A DNA stretch of 64,000 bases from a virus (taxonomy: Duplodnaviria > Heunggongvirae > Uroviricota > Caudoviricetes), in the IMG/VR virus record IMGVR_UViG_3300012940_000021, positions 63,912 through 127,911 of that record; one strand, 5' to 3'. The notes under the pieces were generated by a model. The model was not told the DNA's origin. It saw nothing but the letters and a program-made list of their open reading frames with translations, and ran no database searches. Made by a program: the position numbers and the translations under genes. How positions within the stretch are numbered: position 1 is the first letter of the stretch; each line of letters starts with the position of its first letter. This document shows, piece after piece, positions 42,493 to 51,060 of the stretch.

Positions 42493-42710
42493 GGGGTGGC
42501 CCCCTCGGAGTGGTATCCCACCCAGTCGCAGGACAGACCGCCGCCGTAGCCCTGCTTCGCCCAGACGCAGGTGACGAACTTCCCCGGCTCGACCTCCTGC
42601 TGGAAGACGTAGTGGCTCTCCGGGGCGTAGGTCCCGATGGTCTGGCCCTCCGAAGCACAGCCGGAGAGCAGGAGGGCGGCGCTCGCCGCCACGAGGAGGA
42701 GTCGCTTCAT
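42489..42710 (-). CDS. small lipoprotein (73 aa)
   Basis: MKRLLLVAASAALLLSGC lipobox signal peptide. Confidence 0.55.
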   Translation of the reverse strand: MKRLLLVAASAALLLSGCASEGQTIGTYAPESHYVFQQEVEPGKFVTCVWAKQGYGGGLSCDWVGYHSEGATP

Positions 42711-42712
42711 GG

Positions 42713-42904
42713 TCACTTCCCGTCGAAGTCGATGGTGACGCCGCCGACGTTCATGCCGAGCGAGCCGTCGGAGAGGTCGATGGCGAGACCGCCACCCAGG
42801 CCCATCGTGAGGTCGCCTTGGGTGTCGATTCCGATGCGGCCCGAGTTGTCGCGCTGGCACTCGGAGTCCCAGCAGTTGAAGCGGTTGTGCGCCTTGCAGT
42901 TCAC
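42713..42904 (-). CDS. hypothetical small protein (63 aa)
   Basis: GTG start with GAGGAA; downstream of right-arm motif. Confidence 0.4.
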   Translation of the reverse strand: MNCKAHNRFNCWDSECQRDNSGRIGIDTQGDLTMGLGGGLAIDLSDGSLGMNVGGVTIDFDGK

Positions 42905-42946
42905 GGTTCCTCACAGGTGGATAGGGCTGTGGATAACTGATCGTCG

Positions 42947-42964
42947 TTCAGAGAGTGATACGCC
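42947..42964 (-). promoter_or_regulatory. right-arm conserved motif (GGCGTATCACTCTCTGAA), copy 2 of identical 18-mer
   Basis: seen in sequence. Confidence 0.55.
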
Positions 42965-43234
42965 TCAGAGGCCCTCCAGCCAACCCTCGACCGCAGTCTG
43001 ATGATCTGGATGGAGGAACACCCGGTAGCGGCCATCCTCGAAGTGTTGTCGGTCCATGATGTAGCCGCGCTCAGGCGGCACCGACGACGAGTACTCGAAG
43101 ATCACGTTCCTCGGTGAACGCGCCCATTCCTCCTTCTGGAAGGACTCGTGGAGCTGCCGAATCTTCTCGATGATGTCCGGGATCGGGCGCTGCCATTCCG
43201 GGACGTGGTTCGGGTCGATCTGGAAGTCCGACAC
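42965..43234 (-). CDS. hypothetical protein (89 aa)
   Basis: complete ORF; overlaps C-terminal part of HNH ORF in another frame. Confidence 0.4.
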   Translation of the reverse strand: MSDFQIDPNHVPEWQRPIPDIIEKIRQLHESFQKEEWARSPRNVIFEYSSSVPPERGYIMDRQHFEDGRYRVFLHPDHQTAVEGWLEGL

Positions 43235-43586
43235 GGCTCTCCTTCTTGCGCAGTGCGTACAGTTCTCGGCGGCGACGGTTCCGTCGCTCTCGTCGGGCGG
43301 CTTCGAGCGCCCGTTCCAATGCTGCCTGGCGCGCTCCCTCGCGGGCGTTGCAGCTCATGCACGCCGGACGGACGTTGCCCTTGGCGTACTTGCCGCCCTT
43401 CCGGCCTGGAATGGGATACCGGTCCTTCGTGATCTCGCTGTAGAAGAGCCGACGCCCGCATCCGAACGAGCACGGCACCGTGATGCCGTCCCCGAACTCC
43501 GCCAGCATCCAGACCTTCAGCGCCCGGCCCGCGTAGGAGTTGGGGCGCTGGTTCTTGTTCCCGGTCTTGCTCGCTCGCCTCACCAT
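43071..43586 (-). CDS. HNH endonuclease (C-terminal extent uncertain)
   Basis: PCSFGCGRRL...KDRYPIPGRKGG...NVRPACMSCN HNH zinc-finger pattern. Confidence 0.45.
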   Translation of the reverse strand: MVRRASKTGNKNQRPNSYAGRALKVWMLAEFGDGITVPCSFGCGRRLFYSEITKDRYPIPGRKGGKYAKGNVRPACMSCNAREGARQAALERALEAARRERRNRRRRELYALRKKESRVGLPDRPEPRPGMAAPDPGHHREDSAAPRVLPEGGMGAFTEERDLRVLVVGAA

Positions 43587-43712
43587 CCGAACACCTGCAC
43601 CACTCCGCATTCGCCGCAGACGGTTCCCATGCCGTCGCGGATCTGGCTGTCGATGGGATGCTGGCACTCTGGATCGCCGTAGCGAGGGAAGCGCGCCCTG
43701 GTGTCCTCGTCC

Positions 43713-44123
43713 TCAGACATCGAACCGCTCGCGGTCTCGGAGCCACTCCTCGAACGTCGGTGCCTTCAGGCGCTCTCCGATGATGTAGCGCTCCTCGTAG
43801 ACCCAAGTCTTGTACTCCTCGTACAGCTCGGGGAACCGCTTCGCCAGCACCATCGACCGAGGCATGAGCACCTTGGTCAGTCGGGCCTGGAGCCACGGGC
43901 GGAAGACTCCGATCAACAGGAGTCCGATGGCTCCTCCGCCGACCACTCCGAGAAGGATGCGCGGCGCGAGCGGCATGCGAAAGACGAGGAAGAAGAGCAC
44001 CACGAACAGCGCGAGCGTCGCCACGATGCTGAAGATCCAGGCGAGGACGACGGCGGCGAGTTCGGGGCCGACGAGCTTGGGACGAGGCTCCTCGTCCCGA
44101 CGGCGGGAGATGCGGATGGCCAT
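43713..44123 (-). CDS. membrane protein (136 aa, two TM helices)
   Basis: hydrophobic segments AAVVLAWIFSIVATLALFVVLFFLVF and LLGVVGGGAIGLLLIGVF. Confidence 0.5.
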   Translation of the reverse strand: MAIRISRRRDEEPRPKLVGPELAAVVLAWIFSIVATLALFVVLFFLVFRMPLAPRILLGVVGGGAIGLLLIGVFRPWLQARLTKVLMPRSMVLAKRFPELYEEYKTWVYEERYIIGERLKAPTFEEWLRDRERFDV

Positions 44124-44125
44124 GG

Positions 44126-44605
44126 CTATACCTCCGGGATGAGTGCGGTGCCCCTGCGGGGCGCGATCATGATGAACCCCATGCCCATCATCTGATCGGC
44201 CTGTTCGCCCTCGATGCCGAGCGTCTGCGGAGTGACGACCTCCCAGAGGCCCAGGTGGTTGCCGAGCGCCATGAACGCCATGGCGAGGCCCTGGTCCCCG
44301 ATCCAGCCGCCGAGTTCGATGTACGACGGCCCTCCGGCCAGGCGCTCCACCGGCTCGTCGGCGTGGTAGCCCTTCTCCGCTGCTCGGATGGCGTCCGCGA
44401 ACGCCTCGGCGGTGAGCGTGGAGTCGTCCTTGGCCTTGAACCGGAGGAAGCCCACGTCGATCCCTTCGTCGCTCTCCTTCGGGAGCTGGACGAGGTTGTT
44501 GCGGACGATCTCCGCGAGGGTCTGAATGCCGAGGTAGGGGTCGGCGGCGGTGTCGTTCACGGTGCCTCCTATGGGTTGATGCGGACGCCGTGCTCGTAGA
44601 GCCAC
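44126..44605 (-). CDS. hypothetical protein (159 aa)
   Basis: complete ORF. Confidence 0.45.
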   Translation of the reverse strand: MALRARRPHQPIGGTVNDTAADPYLGIQTLAEIVRNNLVQLPKESDEGIDVGFLRFKAKDDSTLTAEAFADAIRAAEKGYHADEPVERLAGGPSYIELGGWIGDQGLAMAFMALGNHLGLWEVVTPQTLGIEGEQADQMMGMGFIMIAPRRGTALIPEV

Positions 44606-44937
44606 TCCGCGATGGTCATGCGTCGGTAGGTGGTGTTCCGCGAGTTGTACTCCCGGAGGATGAGCGTGAGCCGCTCGACGGTCTCTCGCTTGTCGAAGTA
44701 GATGTGCTGGAGGGGGTCCTCCGGCTTCTTCTTGGGCCGCTTCGGTGCCGTCCCGGCGAGCCTCTCCATGAAGTTGTCGATGTCCTCGCTGGTCGGCTGG
44801 ACCTCAACCACTTGGCGTCCGACGATTCGCTTCGTCGGGATCAGCTCCGAAGTCGGCACAGTCCGACGTGGCGGCTCCTCCTGACGAGGAGGCGGCAGCG
44901 GCTTCTTGCGCCACGGCGGCGTGAACTCGATGGGCAA
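44569..44937 (-). CDS. hypothetical protein (122 aa)
   Basis: complete ORF. Confidence 0.45.
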   Translation of the reverse strand: MPIEFTPPWRKKPLPPPRQEEPPRRTVPTSELIPTKRIVGRQVVEVQPTSEDIDNFMERLAGTAPKRPKKKPEDPLQHIYFDKRETVERLTLILREYNSRNTTYRRMTIAEWLYEHGVRINP

Positions 44938-44982
44938 GGGGCGACCTCGTTTCCTAAAACTAGAGTTGACCTACGATCAGGA

Positions 44983-45411
44983 CTACAGCTTGCGCACCAT
45001 GGCCGAGGAGGCGATGGTCACCGGACCGCGCTCGGTGTCCACGTGCAGCCAGTGCGACCCCTTGTCGATGGTGGAGATCCGGCCCTTCAGCCAATCGCCG
45101 TTCTTCATCGCCTCGACCTCCTCGCCCTGGCGGTACTCCTTCAGCGGCGGCTGCGGGTTCTTCTCGGGCTGGGGCACGTAGTTCCGGCCCTTCCAGTTGA
45201 TGACCTTCTCGTCGGTCGATGCGAAGATCTCCGGGCCGAGCACGATGGTGTCACCCTCCAGGCGCGGATAGTCCACCGAGGCGTCGTCCTTGGGGGAGGG
45301 CTTAGCCCAGCCCTTCTCGACCAGCTTCTCCGCGAGCGCCGCCGCTCCGAGGTCGTTGCTGCCGTCCACTTCGCGGATGTCGGCGGCGAGGTCGTTGATG
45401 ATGTCGGTCAT
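44983..45411 (-). CDS. hypothetical protein (142 aa, MTDIINDLAAD...)
   Basis: ATG overlapping stop of upstream gene (ATGA). Confidence 0.5.
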   Translation of the reverse strand: MTDIINDLAADIREVDGSNDLGAAALAEKLVEKGWAKPSPKDDASVDYPRLEGDTIVLGPEIFASTDEKVINWKGRNYVPQPEKNPQPPLKEYRQGEEVEAMKNGDWLKGRISTIDKGSHWLHVDTERGPVTIASSAMVRKL

Positions 45412-45971
45412 GGGCGTGCTCCGTAGTTGATCTTGTTGACGGTGAGCTTCGAGCGGTTGAAGTAGGTCCCCAACTCCTTCAGCCACTTCTCCTTCGCGTC
45501 GGCCTTCACATAGGCCAGGGTCAGGTGGGGACGGTAGTCGGGGTAGGTGTTGACGTGCGGCAGCAGCTCCAGGCGCTTGTGCCCCTCCAGCAGCTCGTCG
45601 GTCACCTTGATGTGCGCGACGATGCAGGCATACGGCTCATCCTGGAACGGGGAGTCGAACGAGCCGAGCGACTCGATCTCCAGCACCGGGGGAGTCCAGT
45701 CCGCGAGCACGATATCCACGAGGGGCTTCCAGGTGACCGCGCTCTCCAGGAGGCCGTAGAGCAGCGTGACGTGCGCGACGGTCTCGGCCACCGCTCCGTC
45801 GATCCAGAAGCGCTCCTTGTTCTGGGCGAAGTACAGGTCGTCCTTGCCCTTGGTCACGAGGTCGGTGACGGTCAGGGGGTCCACGTCGAGCATGACGCAC
45901 CCCAGCTCGTTCACCTTGACGCCGAGCGCCGTGTAGACATCCGGGAACTGGTTGGCATTGAGGCCGGTCAT
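45408..45971 (-). CDS. 2H phosphoesterase superfamily protein (LigT/cyclic phosphodiesterase-like), 187 aa
   Basis: two H-x-T-x motifs: AHVTLLYG and PHLTLAYV. Confidence 0.6.
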   Translation of the reverse strand: MTGLNANQFPDVYTALGVKVNELGCVMLDVDPLTVTDLVTKGKDDLYFAQNKERFWIDGAVAETVAHVTLLYGLLESAVTWKPLVDIVLADWTPPVLEIESLGSFDSPFQDEPYACIVAHIKVTDELLEGHKRLELLPHVNTYPDYRPHLTLAYVKADAKEKWLKELGTYFNRSKLTVNKINYGARP

Positions 45972-46237
45972 ACGGGTTCCTTCTCGTGCAGGCGGTTGAT
46001 GGCCCCGATGTAGTCGAAGACGGCGTGGGCCTGCGCGGTCTCGTGGGTGGGGTAGGAGCCGTCCACCACGGCTTCGATGTGCTCCGTGCGGCCCCTGAGG
46101 GCCTCGACGCCCACCGTGAACCGCACGATGTCCCTGCCGGGCTTCAGGCCCCGCGTGGCGGCGTACTGGCCCATTCGCTGGGCGTTGCCGAAGAAGACGA
46201 TCACGAGGCCACCTTCGGACGGATGGCGGCGTACCAC
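45968..46237 (-). CDS. hypothetical protein (89 aa)
   Basis: complete ORF. Confidence 0.45.
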   Translation of the reverse strand: MVRRHPSEGGLVIVFFGNAQRMGQYAATRGLKPGRDIVRFTVGVEALRGRTEHIEAVVDGSYPTHETAQAHAVFDYIGAINRLHEKEPV

Positions 46238-46590
46238 CGGCTCATGAGCCAGGCGACCGCTGCCTCCTTGTGCTCGTGCTTCGGCTCGAAGGAGCGCATG
46301 ATCGTGTGCAGGTGCCGGAACGCGGCCTCACCGTCCACGTCGGGGCGCTGGTAGAGATAGCGGTCCTCCGGCCAGCCCTTGAAGAACCAGTCGCGCACGA
46401 AGACGTTCCACTCCGTCCGCCCGTTCATGTTGCGGAACTCCTCCGGGATCGAGTCCCAGGGCGGCAGGAGCTTGTCCAGGTGGCCGGGGAAGGCGTAGAG
46501 CACGTCGTCCACGACCAGGGGCTGGTCGTAGCCGTCGTTCAGCGGTGGCGGAGCCTCCCACTGGATCTCGGGAGCGTCGGATGTCGTCAT
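46201..46590 (-). CDS. hypothetical protein (129 aa)
   Basis: complete ORF. Confidence 0.45.
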   Translation of the reverse strand: MTTSDAPEIQWEAPPPLNDGYDQPLVVDDVLYAFPGHLDKLLPPWDSIPEEFRNMNGRTEWNVFVRDWFFKGWPEDRYLYQRPDVDGEAAFRHLHTIMRSFEPKHEHKEAAVAWLMSRWYAAIRPKVAS

Positions 46591-46868
46591 CGGCGTGGGG
46601 CCTTTCCGGTACGGAGGAACTGGGCGAGCTGCTCCAGCATCGCGGGGAACTGCTCGCGGAGCAGGGGGAGTAGCTCGGGGTTTTCCTCCAGCGAGCGGGT
46701 GAGGTCGTAGAGGGCGAGGTTGGCGGGGACGACGTGCTCCCTGGTGCGGTTGCGCTCGTCACGGATACCGAGCCGGTAGCCCTCCATGAAGTCTCGCTTG
46801 CGCAACTGCCGCCGACGCCCATAGCGCAGGAAGCGCTCCTTGTAGCCGCGCCAGGCGGTCTCGGCCAT
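46587..46868 (-). CDS. hypothetical basic protein (93 aa from ATG; GTG at 46883 in motif also in frame)
   Basis: starts right after right-arm motif. Confidence 0.45.
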   Translation of the reverse strand: MAETAWRGYKERFLRYGRRRQLRKRDFMEGYRLGIRDERNRTREHVVPANLALYDLTRSLEENPELLPLLREQFPAMLEQLAQFLRTGKAPRR

Positions 46869-46879
46869 CTCGATATCGG

Positions 46880-46897
46880 TCACGTGGGTGATACGCC
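46880..46897 (-). promoter_or_regulatory. right-arm motif (GGCGTATCACCCACGTGA); GTGA supplies stop of upstream and possible start of downstream gene
   Basis: seen in sequence. Confidence 0.5.
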
Positions 46898-47746
46898 TTC
46901 GTGGGTCACTCGGTACAGGGTCTCGAACAGCTCGCCGTAGCGCTTCCCCGGCGTGGTCTTCTCCATCCAGACCCACCGCTCCTTCGGATCGAGCTTCTTC
47001 ATCTCGGCGCGGAGGGCGACGAACTCCTGGCCCTCCTCGGTCTTGATCCACTCGGCTTCGAGAGCGCGGCGGGCCTCGGCAGCCTTGCGCTGCTCCTCCG
47101 CCTTGCGCTTGTTCTCTCGTGCCTTGCGGCGTCGCTCGGCCTCGTAGCGCTTGCGGGCTGCCTGCGCCTTGCGGTGAGCACTGCGGATGCGCTTGTCGAG
47201 ATGGTCGCCGCCGATGAGGATCGAGATCTCCACCGGGAAGAGCGAGTCCGGGAACCGGTTCTCCCACGTCACCTTCGGAGGCTGGTAGGGATAGCCCGCG
47301 TTGGTGTATCGGCCCCCGTAGGGGTCGTCTTTCGGCACGCGCTTCCGCTTGGCCCCCAGGAAGGGGTCCTCGACGCCCGACTCGCTCTGCGGGGGGAAGA
47401 ACTGGAACGGCTCTCGAATCCAGCCGGTGAACGTGATGTTGCCATCCCACGAGTGCTTGAACTGCACGCTGTGAAGGGCGACATAGAACGGCTTGGACAC
47501 GTCCCCCTCGTCATCACGTGCCCACGGGTGACGCAGCTCGATGAAGGCTCGGTTCGGCTCGCCGGGGTTGGCGTTCAGGGCACCGTTCATGACGTAGAAG
47601 AGCGTGCGGCTCAACTCGCTCGGCCAGCCGACCTCGTAGGAGAAGGCGTCGTCCAGGGAGATCTTGACGACGTAATCGACCGACTCTCCCTCCGCATCCT
47701 CGATGAGGTACGGGAAGAGGGGGCGCTTCAGCGTGATGGCGTTCAC
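46880..47746 (-). CDS. hypothetical protein (288 aa) with C-terminal Arg/Lys/Glu-rich coiled-coil
   Basis: complete ORF. Confidence 0.5.
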   Translation of the reverse strand: MNAITLKRPLFPYLIEDAEGESVDYVVKISLDDAFSYEVGWPSELSRTLFYVMNGALNANPGEPNRAFIELRHPWARDDEGDVSKPFYVALHSVQFKHSWDGNITFTGWIREPFQFFPPQSESGVEDPFLGAKRKRVPKDDPYGGRYTNAGYPYQPPKVTWENRFPDSLFPVEISILIGGDHLDKRIRSAHRKAQAARKRYEAERRRKARENKRKAEEQRKAAEARRALEAEWIKTEEGQEFVALRAEMKKLDPKERWVWMEKTTPGKRYGELFETLYRVTHEGVSPT

Positions 47747-48447
47747 GCCCCCTCCTCCCGAACGATCTGGGCGATGCGAGCACGCTCGTCGTCCGTCAGG
47801 GCCTTCCAGATGGCTCGCGCTCGGTCGGCGCGTTCCTCGGCCCAGACCGGCTCGGAGAGGTCGATGATCTCGCCCAGGACAGACGTGTCGTCCTTGCGCT
47901 CCCGGAAGACCTCCGTGGCGTAGAGGCCCCCTCGGGTGGCCTTGACCGCCCAGCCCGCGTCGATGACCGCCTGCTCCGCCTCTCGGCGCAGCCCGATGAC
48001 GTGAGAGCCGAAGGCTTCCGTGTCCTGGAGGTCTTCCAGGTCCGAGATGCTCACGAAGGTCTCGCCGGACTCCGCCTCACGTCCGAGGCTGGGATAGGCC
48101 GGGATCGTGTACGGCAGCACCACGCCGTGGCGCAGCTCGATGCTCGTGGCGATCTTGACCTCGCTGCCCTTGGTGTACTTCGGCTCCACGGGCTTCGGCG
48201 GGTCCCACTCGAAGTGGCGAGCGCGGTGCTCCTTGGACTGGCTCTCCCAGCCGAGGGCGTAGCGGTAGCACTCATCCACCGAGTCGCCGTTGGTCGGCAC
48301 CTTGGATCGGGGGTCCTCGCCGGGCATGACGTAGATCGGGTAGTTGTCGCCGGAGAACGAGTCCCAGGCCACGATCATGTGCGTCGCGCCGAGGCGTTCG
48401 CCTTCGTCGTAGGCCGCTTTGATGTCGGCTTCGAGCCAAGTCGCCAT
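47743..48447 (-). CDS. hypothetical protein (234 aa)
   Basis: AGGAGG SD; consensus sigma70-like promoter upstream. Confidence 0.55.
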   Translation of the reverse strand: MATWLEADIKAAYDEGERLGATHMIVAWDSFSGDNYPIYVMPGEDPRSKVPTNGDSVDECYRYALGWESQSKEHRARHFEWDPPKPVEPKYTKGSEVKIATSIELRHGVVLPYTIPAYPSLGREAESGETFVSISDLEDLQDTEAFGSHVIGLRREAEQAVIDAGWAVKATRGGLYATEVFRERKDDTSVLGEIIDLSEPVWAEERADRARAIWKALTDDERARIAQIVREEGA

Positions 48448-48451
48448 GGTT

Positions 48452-48500
48452 CCTCCTGATAGTTGACCTACCGTTAGCTTAGCACTCGGATTGCAATTGT
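48452..48500 (-). promoter_or_regulatory. P4 sigma70-like promoter TTGACA-16 nt-TAAGCT embedded in TTGACAATTGCAA element
   Basis: hexamers and spacing read directly; followed by AGGAGG and ATG 48447. Confidence 0.6.
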
Positions 48501-48599
48501 CAACTACGAGGGTCCTGGCGCTTCCTCTCGTCGGTGGCCTTCATGAGCACGTAGATGATCGGGAGGCCGACCACGAGGATGCCCAGAATGGAGAGCGCT

Positions 48600-48872
48600 T
48601 CAGCCATCGACGGCCTCCCCCGTCCTGGTCCAACCGAGGATGATGAGCTGCTGCACGACCATCTCGGCGTTCTGCCGGGAGACTCGATGGGACTCCAGGC
48701 GACGCACGGCCTCTCGGTACTCGTTTCCAGAAACCTGGAAGCGGGGGCACTGAGGATCGACGCACCAGCACACCCAGTAGTGGATGGCCTCGAAGTCCTC
48801 CTCTGGCCCCTGCGCCTGGTTGTTGACCGGGAGGGGGAAGTGCTCGGGCACTTCGACCATGGGGCTGGTCAC
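48600..48872 (-). CDS. hypothetical protein (90 aa)
   Basis: complete ORF (alternative frame 48541-48771 also open). Confidence 0.35.
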   Translation of the reverse strand: MTSPMVEVPEHFPLPVNNQAQGPEEDFEAIHYWVCWCVDPQCPRFQVSGNEYREAVRRLESHRVSRQNAEMVVQQLIILGWTRTGEAVDG

Positions 48873-49636
48873 GGAGAGACCTTCTCGCCGGAGTAGGTGG
48901 GGTCCCCGGTGAGCGGCGACAGAGCGGAGACCGTGCCGACCATCGACCGGGCCGGGTCCTCCAGATGCGCCTTGGCGAGCGCGAGGGCCATGCTGTGCTG
49001 GTTGCCGCTCGTGCCCTCCTCCCGCGAGATCTTCTTGATGGCCTCGGACTCGTGCTCGTTGATCTCGAACACGTCCTTGTCGAGGATGACCTCTCCGAGA
49101 GCGGCGTACTCGACGGCCAGCTCCGCGATGATCAGCTCATAGCCCCAACCGTCCGTCTGGAACTTCTCCCCTCCCGTCGCGTGGAATCCTTCGATCCGCT
49201 GGCGAATCCAGTCGGGGAGGGCGTCCTGACGCCGCTGCCAGTCGGCCCTGTTCTCCTCCAGGCGCTCCCGATTCTGGCGCTCGAAGGAGGCGACGAACGC
49301 CTCGTGCTCCCGCTGGAGGTCCTGGTCGCTCTTGCGGTCGTACCACCTGCCGTCGATGATCCAGCCGGTGATGTGGCTGAAGCCTCGGGTCTCCAGGATG
49401 AACGCCTTGCCTTCGGGCAGCAGGTCGTAGACCTCCTTCGAGCACCCAGCCGTCCAGCCGCTGGTGCCGGTGATGGCATACCAGTCGCTGCCCTCCCGGT
49501 GCTCCCGCTCCTTCACCCACTGGGCCTGAAGGCGGCGGTCGCTGTACGTCGGGATCTCCAGTACGGACATGAGCGCCGCGTGGTTGGCGTCGATCTTCTC
49601 CAGCTCGGCCAGGGCCTGCTCCAACTGCTCGTTCAT
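48869..49636 (-). CDS. hypothetical protein (255 aa)
   Basis: complete ORF. Confidence 0.5.
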   Translation of the reverse strand: MNEQLEQALAELEKIDANHAALMSVLEIPTYSDRRLQAQWVKEREHREGSDWYAITGTSGWTAGCSKEVYDLLPEGKAFILETRGFSHITGWIIDGRWYDRKSDQDLQREHEAFVASFERQNRERLEENRADWQRRQDALPDWIRQRIEGFHATGGEKFQTDGWGYELIIAELAVEYAALGEVILDKDVFEINEHESEAIKKISREEGTSGNQHSMALALAKAHLEDPARSMVGTVSALSPLTGDPTYSGEKVSP

Positions 49637-49645
49637 CTTGCTCTC

Positions 49646-50089
49646 CTATTCGAAGGTCACTGGAACTCGTCGCAGCCCGAGGATTCGGGCGACGAGCAAC
49701 CGATGGTGCCCGTCCCAGACTCGGCCATCTGGACCGAGCGACACTGGAGATGTCATGCCGTCGCGGGAGACCTCCCCCATGAGCCACACGATCCTCTCGG
49801 AGCGGTTCTCCACGAGCCAGGCGAAGGTCTGCTCCCACCCCAGCTCGTCGCCGTCCTTGTAGCGACGCAGGAGGTTCTCCACGGGCATGGTCTGCGGATA
49901 CCGAGGCGGGAGCGGCTTGCCCGTTGGGTAGAGGTCCTCGACGCGCACATAGCGGTCGGGGTTGACTGCTTGGTCGAGCCGGACGTGGGCATAGCCGCTC
50001 GGCATCAGCCGAACGAACGTGACCTCTAGGTCCTTCCGGCCCGATTGGCCGCGCCAGATGTATCTCTGACCGTCGATCAACTTGAACAT
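49646..50089 (-). CDS. ParB-like nuclease domain protein (147 aa)
   Basis: DGHHRLLVARILGL (ParB/Srx DGxHR motif). Confidence 0.55.
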   Translation of the reverse strand: MFKLIDGQRYIWRGQSGRKDLEVTFVRLMPSGYAHVRLDQAVNPDRYVRVEDLYPTGKPLPPRYPQTMPVENLLRRYKDGDELGWEQTFAWLVENRSERIVWLMGEVSRDGMTSPVSLGPDGRVWDGHHRLLVARILGLRRVPVTFE

Positions 50090-50304
50090 CAGAGGTCCCC
50101 CCAATCCGTGTACGTGACCGTCTTGGTTCTTTTCTGAAAACGTGCGTCCGGGTACTCCTGGCGCATGTCCTCCAGCCACTCCTCGACGGTAACCCCCTCT
50201 GGCCACTCAGGGCTGTCAATAGCGGGGGTCGAAATGACCGGCCCCCCAGGCCCCTTGCGGATGACGCGGTACTCGACCTCTTCTTCAGTCCAGTTCGCCA
50301 TCAC
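50089..50304 (-). CDS. hypothetical protein (71 aa)
   Basis: complete ORF. Confidence 0.4.
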   Translation of the reverse strand: MMANWTEEEVEYRVIRKGPGGPVISTPAIDSPEWPEGVTVEEWLEDMRQEYPDARFQKRTKTVTYTDWGDL

Positions 50305-50403
50305 GCATCCTCTCGTGGACGCGAGCCATGTGCCTGCCGAAGGCCAGGATGGTGCCAGCCAGCGCGACGACGACGGCTCCGAGGACGGCGAGGATGGCCT
50401 GCA

Positions 50404-50781
50404 TCAGAAGATCAGGTCGTCCGGCTGCATCTGGCCGATCTGGTAGCGCGGCTTGGGCTGGGCCTCCTCCTCATCCACCGGGTGGCGGCGAGGGTCGAAC
50501 GTGGCCTCGAAGAAGTACATGTCGCTGGGGTCGCTCGCCCAGTCCACCTTCGTGATGCGGTAGCGAGTCGAATGAGGCCCGTTGGGCAGCAGGAGCCAGT
50601 CGCCAGCCCGGATGCTCAACCCGAACAGGTGACCCTTGATCGTCATCCCACCGGAGTCCACGAGCTGGAAGTAGCAGGCGTAGCCCCAGATGTTGCCCCG
50701 GCTGTAGTCGTGGGTCTTCCCCGTGGCGGGGGGAAGCGCTGGCTCGCGCCTACGGCGATGGAACAGGTTGCGCAGGCCCAT
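50404..50781 (-). CDS. hypothetical protein (125 aa)
   Basis: in-frame ATG with coding-like composition; upstream part of ORF is artefact. Confidence 0.4.
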   Translation of the reverse strand: MGLRNLFHRRRREPALPPATGKTHDYSRGNIWGYACYFQLVDSGGMTIKGHLFGLSIRAGDWLLLPNGPHSTRYRITKVDWASDPSDMYFFEATFDPRRHPVDEEEAQPKPRYQIGQMQPDDLIF

Positions 50782-50783
50782 GG

Positions 50784-51041
50784 CTACTCCTCGAAGTCCT
50801 TCGTGTAGTCGTGCATGAGCGCACGAGCGACCGCGACGACCTTGGGTACAAGCGGGTCGAGTGGAGCAGCAACAGCGGCCTCGAAGAGGTCGATCATCCG
50901 CTCGGTCGTGGCCATCCACTGGCGGGCAGCGGCGGAGATCTGCTCGGGCGCGGTGTAGGCGAGCTTCGACTGGGCGTCGTGCAGTTTCTCGCGCAGGCTC
51001 TCGGCGCTCTCCAACAGGAACTGGGTATCGACTTCGTTCAC
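50784..51041 (-). CDS. hypothetical protein (85 aa), GTG start directly after right-arm motif
   Basis: leaderless-type arrangement. Confidence 0.45.
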   Translation of the reverse strand: MNEVDTQFLLESAESLREKLHDAQSKLAYTAPEQISAAARQWMATTERMIDLFEAAVAAPLDPLVPKVVAVARALMHDYTKDFEE

Positions 51042-51055
51042 GTGGGTGATACGCC
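51038..51055 (-). promoter_or_regulatory. right-arm motif (GGCGTATCACCCACGTGA) preceded by terminator-like hairpins
   Basis: seen in sequence. Confidence 0.55.
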
Positions 51056-51060
51056 GACCG

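Noticed and set aside
43071-43667. Full 198-aa ORF as the HNH protein
   Set aside because: N-terminal part (before MVRRASK) and C-terminal ~60 aa look like wrong-frame sequence overlapping gene 42965-43234. Only the central HNH core is supported, so the boundaries stay uncertain.
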